Below are positions 38,741 to 48,464 of a stretch of DNA of 64,000 nucleotides, piece by piece. The stretch is from an uncultured delta proteobacterium. Its GTDB lineage: Bacteria; Desulfobacterota; Binatia; Binatales; Binataceae. The stretch lies in assembly GCA_963711565.1 (NCBI GenBank), contig CAVQEQ010000004.1:384001-448000 (forward strand), read 5' to 3'. A program made the position numbers and the translations under genes. The notes under the pieces were generated by a model. It saw only the letters and a list, made by a program, of their open reading frames with translations, ran no database searches and was not told where the DNA came from. Positions within the stretch are counted from its first letter, which is position 1; each line of letters begins with the position of its first letter.

Positions 38741-41014
38741 ATGAGCGAAGCGAATATCGTTCTGCCCACTTTAACCAGCCATCAGGTCCTGATCCTGTGG
38801 CTCGTGCTGGTTTCGGCGCTGGTCGCGCTGGCCTACGGCGTCGTGCTGATCCGCGTAGTGCTGGCCGCCGACCCCGGACCCAAATCAATGACCGACGTGG
38901 CCGACGCCATCGAACTCGGCGCGATGGCCTACCTCGGACGCCAGGTCAAAACCATGATCTGGTTCGTCGCCGCGATTTTCATCGCGCTCTTCCTCATGTA
39001 CCGCCAGGTTTACCAGGGCCTCTACCTGCCGCTCGGCATCTCGATCGCATTCCTGATGGGCGTCGCCGCTTCGTATGGCGCCGGCTACGTCGGGATGTGG
39101 CTCGCGGTCAAGGGCAACGTCCGCAGCGCCAACGCTGCATTGACCAGCTTCAAGGACGCGATGGAACTGGCGTTCAAGGCGGGCGGAGTGTCGGGGATGT
39201 TCACGGTCGGGCTGGGATTGCTCGGCGCGACGATCATCTTCCTGGTGTTCCGCGAAAACGCGATGAAGGTCCTGGTAGGCTTCGGCTTCGGCGGCTCGCT
39301 GGCTGCACTATTCATGCGCGTCGGCGGCGGAATCTACACCAAGGCGGCAGATGTCGGCGGCGATCTCGTCGGCAAGATCGAGCAGGATCTCCCCGAAGAC
39401 GACCCGCGCAATCCCGCGACGATTGCCGACAACGTTGGCGACAACGTCGGCGACTGCGCCGGCATGGCGGCCGACGTGTTCGAGTCGTACGAAGTCACGC
39501 TGGTCGCCGCGATTATCCTGGCGGCCTACGCGCTGCAGGAGTCGGACTTTATCGCGGCCTACGGCCAGTACGCGGGCATGTTCGCCGTCAAGCTGATCAT
39601 GTTCGCGCTGATCCTGCGCGGAGTCGGCGTGTTCTCGTCGATCATCGGAATCATGGCGGTGCGCGTGCCGGCCGGCAAAATGCTCGACCCGATGCGCCCG
39701 ATCAACATCGGCTACATGACCTCGGCGATCGCATCGGTGATCGGATTCTTCATCGTTAACTATCTCTACCTCGACGACCCGCGCACGGGCGCGACCGACT
39801 GGCGCTTCGCATGTTGCGCATCGCTCGGAATTATTCTCGCCGTCGTGACGCTATGGCTCACGAACTACTTTACCCATCCCGACAAAGGCCCGGTCACCGA
39901 AACCGCGATGGCCGCGCGCACCGGCCCGGCAACGTTGATCCTGTCGGGCATGGCCGAGGGACTCGAGTCGTCGGTGTGGGCGCTGCTCGTGATTGCCGCC
40001 GCGATTATCGGCGCGATGGCGATATTCCACGAGTCGCTCGCGCTGCAATTTTACGGAATCGCGCTGACCGGACTCGGCCTGCTCACGACGACCGGCTTCA
40101 TCCTCGCGATGGACACCTACGGCCCGATCACCGACAACGCACACGGCATCTTCGAGATGGGCGGAATCCATCAGGAGGAGGCGTCGAAGACGCTGTCGTG
40201 GATGGACGCGATCGGCAACACCACCAAGGCGCTCACCAAGGGCCTCGCGATCGCGACCGCGGTGCTCGCGGCGGTCTCGCTGTTCCGCTCCTTTATTGAT
40301 GAGGCGCATCTCGGCGCGCTCGGCGTGCAGATCAATATGCCGACCGTGTTCGTCGGCCTGATGATCGGCGGCGCGGTGCCGTTCCTGTTCAGTTCGTTCG
40401 CAATTAAGGCGGTCAGCCGCGCGGCGTACCAGATCGTGTTCGAGGTCCGCCGCCAGCTCCGCGAGCATCCGGGGATCATGGAAGGCAAGGAGCTGCCTGA
40501 CTACAGCGCGTGCGTCGATATCGTCACGGCGGCGTCGCAGAAAGAATTGCTCGGTCCCGGCATCCTCGCGATCTTCTCGCCGCTGCTGGTCGGCTTCGGC
40601 CTCGGCGCGGGTGCGCTCGGCGGCTTCCTCGGCGGCACGATCCTGACGGGGCAGTTGATGGCGGTGTTCATGTCGAATGCGGGCGCCAACTGGGACAACG
40701 CCAAGAAAAAAGTCGAAGACGGATTCCTCGGCGGCAAGGGCACCGACGTGCACAAGGCGTCGGTCGTGGGAGACACGGTCGGCGATCCATTCAAGGACAC
40801 TGCCGGCCCGGCGCTGAACCCGATGATCAAGGTGATGAACCTGGTAGCGATTCTGGCGGCGCCGTTCACGACGATATCGCTCGCCGGCGTAACCCCGCTG
40901 CGCGTGGCAATCGTCGTGATCTCGATCATCGCGCTGGCAATCGCGGTTACGTTCTCGAAGCGCGGCTCGATCGCGGAAGAGAGCCTGGCAATCGAAACTA
41001 AGCAAGCCGCCTGA
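38741..41014 (+). CDS. hppA: Membrane pyrophosphatase, K+-independent type
   Basis: GGIYTKAADVG, EDDPRN, DNVGDNVGD and GDTVGDPFKDT; GNTTKA carries Lys at the K+-dependence signature position. Confidence 0.96.
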   Translation: MSEANIVLPTLTSHQVLILWLVLVSALVALAYGVVLIRVVLAADPGPKSMTDVADAIELGAMAYLGRQVKTMIWFVAAIFIALFLMYRQVYQGLYLPLGISIAFLMGVAASYGAGYVGMWLAVKGNVRSANAALTSFKDAMELAFKAGGVSGMFTVGLGLLGATIIFLVFRENAMKVLVGFGFGGSLAALFMRVGGGIYTKAADVGGDLVGKIEQDLPEDDPRNPATIADNVGDNVGDCAGMAADVFESYEVTLVAAIILAAYALQESDFIAAYGQYAGMFAVKLIMFALILRGVGVFSSIIGIMAVRVPAGKMLDPMRPINIGYMTSAIASVIGFFIVNYLYLDDPRTGATDWRFACCASLGIILAVVTLWLTNYFTHPDKGPVTETAMAARTGPATLILSGMAEGLESSVWALLVIAAAIIGAMAIFHESLALQFYGIALTGLGLLTTTGFILAMDTYGPITDNAHGIFEMGGIHQEEASKTLSWMDAIGNTTKALTKGLAIATAVLAAVSLFRSFIDEAHLGALGVQINMPTVFVGLMIGGAVPFLFSSFAIKAVSRAAYQIVFEVRRQLREHPGIMEGKELPDYSACVDIVTAASQKELLGPGILAIFSPLLVGFGLGAGALGGFLGGTILTGQLMAVFMSNAGANWDNAKKKVEDGFLGGKGTDVHKASVVGDTVGDPFKDTAGPALNPMIKVMNLVAILAAPFTTISLAGVTPLRVAIVVISIIALAIAVTFSKRGSIAEESLAIETKQAA

Positions 41015-41037
41015 TCGAATTTAGCAATCAGCAAAGC

Positions 41038-41075
41038 AAAAAGGGCCGGACGCAAACAGCGTCCGGCCCTTTTTT
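41038..41075. terminator. Bidirectional Rho-independent terminator
   Basis: AAAAAGGGCCGGACGC-AAACA-GCGTCCGGCCCTTTTTT between convergent genes. Confidence 0.9.
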
Positions 41076-41136
41076 CAGCTGAGCAGAAACGACATGCGAA
41101 GTTTGCAACGCGGTGAATCGGGCTGGTCGCCACCGC

Positions 41137-42288
41137 TTACGACACCAGGCGCAATCCGGTGACTATCGTCCTGCGCGTCGCGACCCACGCCGGGACGAAC
41201 GCGCTCACTACTCCAACCATCCATGCAAGCCCGACTCCTATAGGGATGATTCCGCGGCTCATCGGCAGAGGAACGTTGACGCCGGGGAGCGCAGGTGCAA
41301 AGCCGCCAAGCACCAGCCAGGTTGCCAGGCCTCCAAGCAAGCCGCCGGCGATTGCCACCAGCGAAGCCTCGGCGACCAGATAGATCAGTACGGTGCCTGC
41401 GTCGAAGCCAATCGCGCGCATGACCGCGAGTTCGCGTCCGCGCTCGCGAATCGACATGGCCGACGTGTTCGCGGCTACAAGTGTTACTACGACGACCACA
41501 ATTACACCGAGAACGGTGGCCAGAGTGAAGATCGAGGCGAGGCTGCTGAACACGTTCGCGGTGAATTGGCCCTCCGCTTCGGTTTTGCTCTGATATTCGG
41601 AATTTCTGAACGTCTCGTCGATCGAAGCGATCACCGGATCGATCGAAGTAAGCCGATCGACCTGAACCCAGATAATAGACACAAGTCCGGGATTGCCGTT
41701 CAGCGATTCATAGTAATCGCGCCGAAACGCCAGCATATTCAGCGGTCCGCTGGATGAAGAGCCCGGCTTCATTACGCCGACGATTTCGACGGGTACATCC
41801 GGCGACGGAATAGTCGCATGCAGGATGATGTGCTGGCCGACGTGCCAGCCGTGCCGGCGCATCAGGTCCGGGCCGACGAGGGCGGCGGTGCGCTGATGCT
41901 GGAAGGCGTCGGCAGCAGTTGCGGAGACGCCCCATTCAGGCCAGAGCTCGCGCACGTCGATCGGATCGACGGCGTAGCTGAGAAACTGATCAGAGGAACC
42001 CTGAAACTCCGACGGCATGAATTCCCATGCCTGCACGAGATTGACTCGCGGTAGCGCGGAAATCTTGCGCACGTACGATTCCGGCAGTTGATAGGCCATC
42101 CCCGCAGTGCTGGCGCAGACGAGCCGGCGCGAGGCCGCGTTGCCGCGCATCAACAGCGCCGGGATTTCCGCGACGCTGGCTAATCCGCAGAACATGAAAA
42201 TCGAGATTGCGATCGAGACGGCGGTCAGAATGTTCCGCCGCCGATTGCGGCGCAGACCTCTCAGGATCAGCCAGCAGAGCTTCACCAT
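41137..42288 (-). CDS. ABC transporter permease (MacB/FtsX family)
   Basis: N-terminal RNRRRNILT plus TM, periplasmic domain, and SIRERGRELAVMRAIGF. Confidence 0.9.
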   Translation of the reverse strand: MVKLCWLILRGLRRNRRRNILTAVSIAISIFMFCGLASVAEIPALLMRGNAASRRLVCASTAGMAYQLPESYVRKISALPRVNLVQAWEFMPSEFQGSSDQFLSYAVDPIDVRELWPEWGVSATAADAFQHQRTAALVGPDLMRRHGWHVGQHIILHATIPSPDVPVEIVGVMKPGSSSSGPLNMLAFRRDYYESLNGNPGLVSIIWVQVDRLTSIDPVIASIDETFRNSEYQSKTEAEGQFTANVFSSLASIFTLATVLGVIVVVVVTLVAANTSAMSIRERGRELAVMRAIGFDAGTVLIYLVAEASLVAIAGGLLGGLATWLVLGGFAPALPGVNVPLPMSRGIIPIGVGLAWMVGVVSAFVPAWVATRRTIVTGLRLVS

Positions 42289-42370
42289 TGCCGCCAGTCT
42301 GCGGCAGTTCGCTTTGGGGAACAACCAGCGTCGGCGCTACAATCTGGTACTGTGCCGCGCCGCGCAACGC

Positions 42371-42871
42371 TCAGTCTTCGCCGTCCTGCGCCAGATACTT
42401 CTCGATGAGCTTCATCTGCGCGGTCCATCCACCCTCGTTGGCGGCGAACGCTTTGGCGCGGCGCTCGAGCGGGATCTGGTCGAAGCCCGACTCGATGACG
42501 GTTAGCATCGTGCCGCCCGCGGCGTCTTCCAACTGAAACGCGACCAGCGTCGAGGGCTCCTTCGAGTAATCGACGCCGGAATCTACGGCGAACGGATGCC
42601 ATCGAAAGGAGAACAGCCGCATCGGTTCGACCCGATCGACGGCGAACTCGAAACGGAAGCCCTTGTACGGCTCCTGGGTCTTCGCGACTTCCGCGTCCAC
42701 GGTGGTGGGCATGAGCTTTCCAACGATGCTGGCGCCCGCGACGAAAGGGCCGTCGAACTCGACGCCGAACCAACTGCCGAACTCTTTAGAATCGCTGATC
42801 GCGCGCCACACGCGCTCGCGCGATGCGCGCAGCAGGACGCTCTTCACGATGCGGTCAGTGCTTGCCGTCAT
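42371..42871 (-). CDS. SRPBCC/START-domain protein
   Basis: RERVWRAISD..FGSWFG, FSFRWHP and ESGF...NEGGW. Confidence 0.9.
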   Translation of the reverse strand: MTASTDRIVKSVLLRASRERVWRAISDSKEFGSWFGVEFDGPFVAGASIVGKLMPTTVDAEVAKTQEPYKGFRFEFAVDRVEPMRLFSFRWHPFAVDSGVDYSKEPSTLVAFQLEDAAGGTMLTVIESGFDQIPLERRAKAFAANEGGWTAQMKLIEKYLAQDGED

Positions 42872-42936
42872 AATGCAACCTCCGAGTTGCATTTACAATA
42901 CCGTGCGCCTGCTACAAAACGCAACCCTCGGGTTGC
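42872..42936. promoter_or_regulatory. Two GCAAC-N6-GTTGC operator-like palindromes
   Basis: AATGCAAC-CTCCGA-GTTGCATT (42872-42893) and GCAAC-CCTCGG-GTTGC (42921-42936). Confidence 0.65.
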
Positions 42937-43038
42937 AGAACGCCTGAAGGGATTAGAACGAATCCGCATCTGACACGCCCCTGAGAGCAAAGTAGCGCGC
43001 CGCGCGCGCAACTTTGCGCTTCTCACTGGGTGCAGGGG

Positions 43039-43794
43039 TCACCCCCCGCGACGGTGTCGATGCCGCCCGCCGCGCAGGCGATTATTCTTTTCCTGGAGTT
43101 GGTCCGCCATCTTTTGGAACTGCGGATCTCTCTTCTTGCGCATCAACTCCGCCGCCGTGACGCCGTCCTTGTTCGCGATATCGCCGCGAGCGCCGCGCTC
43201 AATCATCATCGCGAAATATGTTTTGTCGCTCGACTTCTTCAGCATGTAGTGGAGCGCCGTCATGCCCGTCGGGTCCCGGTAGTTGACGTCGGCGCCGAGT
43301 TTCAGAAGTTCTTCGGCCGCCTTGAAATGACTCCACTTGATCGCGCTGATGAACGGCGACTCCTGGACGTCCGAGGGATCGTTGACGTTTGCTCCGTGGC
43401 GGACGAGCAGCCTGATGGCTTCGATGTTTTCGACGAACGTGGCTGCCCACAGGCAGTAGTTCGGATTCGACCCGCGCTCGAGCAGAAATTCCGCGAGCAT
43501 CAGATTTTCTCCGCGAGCAATCGCAAACCAGAGCGGCGTAGCCTTCCAGGCACCCTCGGTGAATGCTTCCATATTGAGGTCGAGGCCGCGCCGCAGCAGA
43601 ACCTCGGCGGTCTTGACGCTGTCTTCGGGCCTGAGCTTCGCGCGCTTCGGGTTCACGCCGCAGCAGAGATGGAGCCAGTTCCGTCCTCGCTCATCGCGAA
43701 CCGAAAGCAGGTCCGGCCTCTCGGCCAGCGCATCATCAACTTCGTTCGATCGAAACTCCTTGACCAGCTCGCTGAGCCTTGTCTTCGAAATCAT
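43039..43794 (-). CDS. Ankyrin-repeat protein
   Basis: TPLWFAI, LLKLGADVN..D..GMTALH; ATGA overlap with the VOC gene. Confidence 0.88.
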   Translation of the reverse strand: MISKTRLSELVKEFRSNEVDDALAERPDLLSVRDERGRNWLHLCCGVNPKRAKLRPEDSVKTAEVLLRRGLDLNMEAFTEGAWKATPLWFAIARGENLMLAEFLLERGSNPNYCLWAATFVENIEAIRLLVRHGANVNDPSDVQESPFISAIKWSHFKAAEELLKLGADVNYRDPTGMTALHYMLKKSSDKTYFAMMIERGARGDIANKDGVTAAELMRKKRDPQFQKMADQLQEKNNRLRGGRHRHRRGG

Positions 43795-44204
43795 GCGAGC
43801 AAACCCTTGCCGGGCACGTGATTCACTTCGAGGCGGATGCCGTTGGGGTCTTCGAACAGCACCGAGTAGTAGCCCGGCGCCCACGGACCGTCCTCGGGCG
43901 GATGCACGATCTTCGCCCCGATCGTTTTGAGGAAGCTGTAAACCTCATCAACGTCGCCGCGCTCGCGCGCGCGCAGACACAGATGATGCAGTCCGACGCG
44001 GCGCTGTTGGAATTTCTCGTCGCGAAACAAATCGTCGCCGCGCATGATTCCGACCGCGGTCTTGCCGCCCACGCAGTAGAGCATCTCCTCGCTGCGCATG
44101 ACCGGCTTCATCCCGAGATACACGAGCAGCTTTTCATAGAACGGAAAGCACGCCTCGAAATTGCTGACCGTGAGCATCACGTGCGCGACGCCGTTGATTT
44201 CCAT
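43791..44204 (-). CDS. VOC/glyoxalase family protein
   Basis: HVMLTVSN, GLHHLCL and YYSVLFEDPNGIRLE. Confidence 0.9.
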   Translation of the reverse strand: MEINGVAHVMLTVSNFEACFPFYEKLLVYLGMKPVMRSEEMLYCVGGKTAVGIMRGDDLFRDEKFQQRRVGLHHLCLRARERGDVDEVYSFLKTIGAKIVHPPEDGPWAPGYYSVLFEDPNGIRLEVNHVPGKGLLA

Positions 44205-44224
44205 TTTTCAGTTCTCCGTTTTCG

Positions 44225-44850
44225 TTAGAGCGCGTTGAGCCATTCGTGTCCGGGGTGAGTTTTTTCGACGGCATCGCGGAGCCATCGGCGCGCGTCCGCG
44301 CTGAGCGCCGGGAGTGCGTTGCCGAAATCGATTCGATCACGCGCCTCGAGCTGCTTGGCCTTGAACAGCAACACGATTTCGGGAGCGAGATACGGCAGCC
44401 CCCATAGCGGATGAAATCCCATTCGCGCGAGCAGCATCCGAATTTTCGGATTGCGGCGGAAGATCCATTCGCTGTCCGACGACTCCGCGAGCATCACCTG
44501 GAACGCCGGCTCCGATTCGCCCGCGCGATACGCATTGATCTGATGTACCGGCAGCTCGAGCCGCTCGCCGGGCAGCCAGTCGGCGACCGTGCCGCGATTG
44601 GCCAGGCCGTCGGGATGCGGAATGATCTTTTTCAGCGAGAATTGTTTCAGCGCTTTGTGCAGTCCAAGGTGATCCTGCCGCATGACGAGCGTGTCGATAT
44701 CGTGATGCTCGCGCGTGACGCGGCCGAGATGCAGATCGATCGCCCACCCGCCGGCGACAAAGAAGGGCGCGCGGAGGTTGCCGAACGTCTCCGCAACCTC
44801 AAGTAACGCTTTAAGGTCTGGCGTTGAGGTGTTCGCGTTCCCTTCTCCTG
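44225..44850 (-). CDS. Nucleotidyltransferase (aminoglycoside-2''-adenylyltransferase-like family), no canonical start visible
   Basis: The frame is open upstream of ATG 44683 and encodes FFVAGGWAIDLHLGRVTREHHDID; C-terminus has YLAPEIVLLFKAK and HPGHEW. Confidence 0.75.
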
Positions 44851-44871
44851 AACAAAGCGACCGGTCAGGAA

Positions 44872-44887
44872 CGTTTCACGTGAAACG
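44872..44887. other. parS centromere-like site 1
   Basis: Perfect palindrome CGTTTCACGTGAAACG, extending to 20 bp; matches the ParB-binding consensus GTTTCACGTGAAAC. Confidence 0.9.
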
Positions 44888-44937
44888 TTTTGGCAGAAAA
44901 CTCGTTGCCAACCTTGAGTTATCCGCGATCGACTCGA

Positions 44938-44953
44938 CGTTTCACGTGAAACG
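44938..44953. other. parS centromere-like site 2, with an overlapping half-site to 44960
   Basis: Second identical CGTTTCACGTGAAACG starting 66 bp after the first. Confidence 0.9.
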
Positions 44954-44961
44954 TTTCACGC

Positions 44962-45975
44962 TCAGCGCGCCGAAACCATCCGCGACGGTCGCGGCTGTTC
45001 GTGCCCGAGAATCGGGTGCGGGCGGTACGGTTTTTCGAGCGCTGCGACTTCGTCCGCCGTCAGCTTCACGTCAACCGCCGCGATCGCCTCCTTAAGATGC
45101 GCGAGCTTGGTCGCACCGATGATCGGCGCGGTAACGCCGGGCGCCTGCAGGATCCACGCGCATGCGATCTGCGACGGCGTGACGCTGCGCTCCTTGGCGA
45201 TCTGCTGGACCACTCTCAGCACTTCGAAGTCGTACTCGCGGAAGTACATGTTCTTGGCGAACTCGTCCTGCTTGGCGCGCGCCGTCGGACCGCTGCCGCC
45301 TTTTTCGCGATTGCCGGCCAGGAATCCGCGCGCGAGCGGGCTCCATGGAATCAGGCCGACACCGTTGTCGATGCAGAGCGGATTCATCTCGCGCTCCTCC
45401 TCGCGATAGACGAGGTTGTAATGGTTCTGCATCGCGATGAACCGGTGCCATCCGTTTTCTTTTTGAATCGCGAGCGCCTTGGCGAACTGCCACGCCGCCA
45501 TCGAACTCGCGCCGAGGTAGCGCACCTTGCCGGCGCGGACGAGCGAATCGAGCGCTTCGAGGGTTTCCTCGATCGGCGTCGTGTAGTCCCATCGATGGAT
45601 TTGGTAGAGGTCGATGAAATCCATCTTGAGGCGGCGCAGCGACGCGTCGCACGCTTCGAGAATATTTTTGCGGCTGAGGCCGGCGCGGTTGAGACCCGAC
45701 GCCATCGGCCCGTGGACCTTGGTCGCGACGACGATCTCGTCGCGGTTCGCCATCTCGCCGAGCCATCGCCCGGTGACCTCCTCGCTCGCGCCGGTCGAAT
45801 AGACGTTGGCGGTGTCGTAGAAGTTGATGCCCGATTCGACGGCGGCGGCGAAATGATCGCGCGCCTCGTCCATCGTGAGCACCCAGTCGCGCCATTTCTT
45901 GTCGCCGTAGCTCATGCATCCGAGGCAGATGCGCGAGACGGTGATTCCGGTCTTGCCGAGTTTCGAGTACTGCAT
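44962..45975 (-). CDS. Aldo/keto reductase (YajO-like)
   Basis: ICLGCMSYG, DTANVYS.G.SEE, IDLYQIHRWD and IPWSPLARG. Confidence 0.93.
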   Translation of the reverse strand: MQYSKLGKTGITVSRICLGCMSYGDKKWRDWVLTMDEARDHFAAAVESGINFYDTANVYSTGASEEVTGRWLGEMANRDEIVVATKVHGPMASGLNRAGLSRKNILEACDASLRRLKMDFIDLYQIHRWDYTTPIEETLEALDSLVRAGKVRYLGASSMAAWQFAKALAIQKENGWHRFIAMQNHYNLVYREEEREMNPLCIDNGVGLIPWSPLARGFLAGNREKGGSGPTARAKQDEFAKNMYFREYDFEVLRVVQQIAKERSVTPSQIACAWILQAPGVTAPIIGATKLAHLKEAIAAVDVKLTADEVAALEKPYRPHPILGHEQPRPSRMVSAR

Positions 45976-46055
45976 GGTTTCTCCGAATCGTTTTGAGTGC
46001 GAGTGTTGAGCCAAACTTCCGGCGCTCGTTCGCGCGTGTCAAGGGCGAAGGGCAG

Positions 46056-46097
46056 GAACCTGACCCCTAAACCCTTCCGTTGGTTGAAGAGGAACCG
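46056..46097. repeat. Degenerate copy of the DUF559-flanking repeat
   Basis: GAACCTGACCCCTAAACCCTTCC...GAAGAGGAACC resembles 58185-58232. Confidence 0.5.
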
Positions 46098-46144
46098 GAT
46101 ATGGAGAGCGGGCGCGGCGATTTAAACGGGGGTGGCAGGCGAGG

Positions 46145-46336
46145 TCAGGGCGGGGCGGGCCTTGTGATGGCGGGATATCGAGGGGTAACGTCGTAGCCGT
46201 GGTCGTGAAGGAAGTTCACGCGCACCTGGGCTAACAGGACGGCGTCGATCAGGATCGCGACAAAAATGACGGCGATGAAGACGAAGCTTTGCGGTCGCGG
46301 CGCATTGCTCGTATGCATGAAGATCATTAATAGCAC
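46145..46336 (-). CDS. Possible small membrane protein
   Basis: One strongly hydrophobic segment; no family motif. Confidence 0.3.
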   Translation of the reverse strand: MLLMIFMHTSNAPRPQSFVFIAVIFVAILIDAVLLAQVRVNFLHDHGYDVTPRYPAITRPAPP

Positions 46337-46495
46337 GAAAGCGTTTTCGATACTCGCGATGCTATTTCATTGACTCGGCGGGCAAGTTAGGATGCAGCCA
46401 TCCTCGACTGGCCGATTGGTCAGGCGGGGGTTTCGCGAGCTAAAATAGTGCGGAAGGCGTAGCACGCATGGAAGGTGCGCGCTGGAGGGAATCTA

Positions 46496-48013
46496 ATGCG
46501 GGTCCTATTCGTACATCCGAGTCCGCTTATGTACAGCGAGATTTATTTGCGGCTCGAACCGCTGGGAATGGAGCGGGTCGCGGCGGCAACGCGTGCGGCC
46601 GGCCACGACGTGAGGATTCTCGATCTGCAGATTTTCAAGCATCGCGACCTGTTCGCCGAGCTCGAGAGCTTCAAGCCGAATGCGGTCGGCTTCTCGCTGA
46701 ATTATCTCGCCAATGTGCCCGAGGTGATCGATCTCGCCAAGGACGTGAAGCGCCTGATGAAGGACTGCTTCGTCTTCACGGGCGGGCATAGCGGCTCGTT
46801 CGTCGCGGACGAGATTTTGGAGCATGCGAACGGCGCGATCGACGCGATTATCCGTGGCGAGGGCGAGACTGCGACTCCGATGTTGCTCGACGCGATCGGC
46901 AGCGGATCGATCGGCAAAGTTCCGGGCGTACTGACGACGCAAGGGTCGGGGCCGACGCCAGTGATGCTCGACGATCTCGACAAGTTTTTTCCCGCGCGCG
47001 ACTTGGGGCGGCGGCGCAACAAATATTTTATCGGCGTGCTCGATCCGTGCGCGTCGATCGAGTTCACGCGCGGATGCCCGTGGGACTGCTCGTTCTGCAG
47101 CGCGTGGACTTTCTACGGCCGCAGCTATCGCAAGTCCACGCCGGAAGCGGCCGCGGAAGACATGCTGTCGATCAAAGAACCCAACGTCTTCATCGTCGAT
47201 GACGTCGCGTTTATCCATCCCGAGCACGGCTTTGCGATCGGGCATGAAATCGAAAAGCGCAAAATCAAAAAGCAGTACTACCTCGAGACTCGCGCCGACG
47301 TGCTGTGCCGCAATCCGGAAGTGTTCCGGTATTGGCGCAAGCTGGGCATGGAGTACATGTTCCTGGGCCTCGAGGCCATCGACGAAGAGGGGCTGAAGCT
47401 GCATCGCAAGCGATCGTCGATGGGCGTCAACTTCAAGGCGCTCGAAATCGCACGCGAGATCGGTATCACCGTCGCTGTCAACCTGATCGCGGACCCGTCG
47501 TGGGACGTGAAGCGCTTCGAGGTGATTCGCGAATGGGCGATCAGCATCCCGGAGATCGTTCATCTGACGGTGGCGACACCATATCCCGGCACGGAGCTGT
47601 GGTTCACCGAATCGCGCAAGTTGACGACGCTCGACTACCGGCTCTACGACATCCAGCACGCGGTGCTGCCGACCAAGCTGCCGCTGCTGCAGTTCTACCA
47701 GGAGCTGGTGAAGACGCAGGACGTGCTGAACAAAAAGCATCTGGGGTTCGCGGCGCTGAAGTCGGTGGCGTCGATTGCGGGCAAGCTCGCGCTGAAGGGG
47801 CAGACCAACTTCCTCAAGATGCTGTGGAAGTTCAACAGCGTGTACAACCCGGAGCGGCAGTTCGCCGAGCATTCGAAGGAAGTGAAGTACTCGATGCGGC
47901 CGCCGTCGATGCATACCGACGGACGTCCAACGGCCGACAAGCTGTACATCCACATGCCGAAGCCGTCACGTCCGGCGGCGGCTGCAGCTACGCTGGCAGC
48001 CGGTGGCAGGTGA
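46496..48013 (+). CDS. hpnR: Hopanoid C-3 methylase (B12-binding radical SAM)
   Basis: Characteristic N-terminus VHPSPLMYSEIYLRLEPLG, NYLANVPE, CPWDCSFC and YDIQHAVLPTKLPL. Confidence 0.88.
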   Translation: MRVLFVHPSPLMYSEIYLRLEPLGMERVAAATRAAGHDVRILDLQIFKHRDLFAELESFKPNAVGFSLNYLANVPEVIDLAKDVKRLMKDCFVFTGGHSGSFVADEILEHANGAIDAIIRGEGETATPMLLDAIGSGSIGKVPGVLTTQGSGPTPVMLDDLDKFFPARDLGRRRNKYFIGVLDPCASIEFTRGCPWDCSFCSAWTFYGRSYRKSTPEAAAEDMLSIKEPNVFIVDDVAFIHPEHGFAIGHEIEKRKIKKQYYLETRADVLCRNPEVFRYWRKLGMEYMFLGLEAIDEEGLKLHRKRSSMGVNFKALEIAREIGITVAVNLIADPSWDVKRFEVIREWAISIPEIVHLTVATPYPGTELWFTESRKLTTLDYRLYDIQHAVLPTKLPLLQFYQELVKTQDVLNKKHLGFAALKSVASIAGKLALKGQTNFLKMLWKFNSVYNPERQFAEHSKEVKYSMRPPSMHTDGRPTADKLYIHMPKPSRPAAAAATLAAGGR

Positions 48014-48048
48014 GGTAGCAGACAATTTGTGCTACAGTCGAAGACGCG

Positions 48049-48255
48049 ATGAAGCTGAGAGTTGAGTTCGATCGGGAAACAGACGGTCGCTGGATCGCCG
48101 AGGTTCCCGAGTTGGCGGGCGTGCTGGCGTACGGCAAGACCCGCGCGCAGGCGCTCGCGGCGGTTGAGGCTCTGGCGCTACGCGTTATCGCCGATCGCAT
48201 CGAGAATGGCGAGCTTGAACCCGTCCCGTCGAGCTTGATGTTCGAAGCTGCGTGA
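48049..48255 (+). CDS. hicB: HicB-family antitoxin (short, no DNA-binding domain)
   Basis: E.DGRWIAEVPELAGVLAYGKT..AL. Confidence 0.88.
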   Translation: MKLRVEFDRETDGRWIAEVPELAGVLAYGKTRAQALAAVEALALRVIADRIENGELEPVPSSLMFEAA

Positions 48256-48464
48256 GTGACTGGCCCTCCGCCAAGGCTCGTCGAGTAGTTGCGGCTTTGC
48301 TTCGAGCAGGCTGGAGCATCAAGCGCACCCGCGGTTCTCATCGCATACTTCAGCGTTCAGGGTTTTCGGATGTCGTCTTTGCCTTTCACGACAATGACGA
48401 AATCGGCCCGCGCATGCTGGCGAAGATAGCCAAGGTCACCGGCCTGCGTCCTGAAGATCTCTGA
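48252..48464 (+). CDS. hicA: HicA-family toxin
   Basis: L.RAGW..KRTRGSH and FHDNDEIGP.ML.KI; GTGA overlap with hicB. Confidence 0.9.
   Translation: MSDWPSAKARRVVAALLRAGWSIKRTRGSHRILQRSGFSDVVFAFHDNDEIGPRMLAKIAKVTGLRPEDL

Noticed and set aside
41137-45975. Run of short co-oriented genes as an integron cassette array
   Set aside because: No attC sites or intI gene seen, and some genes are translationally coupled.
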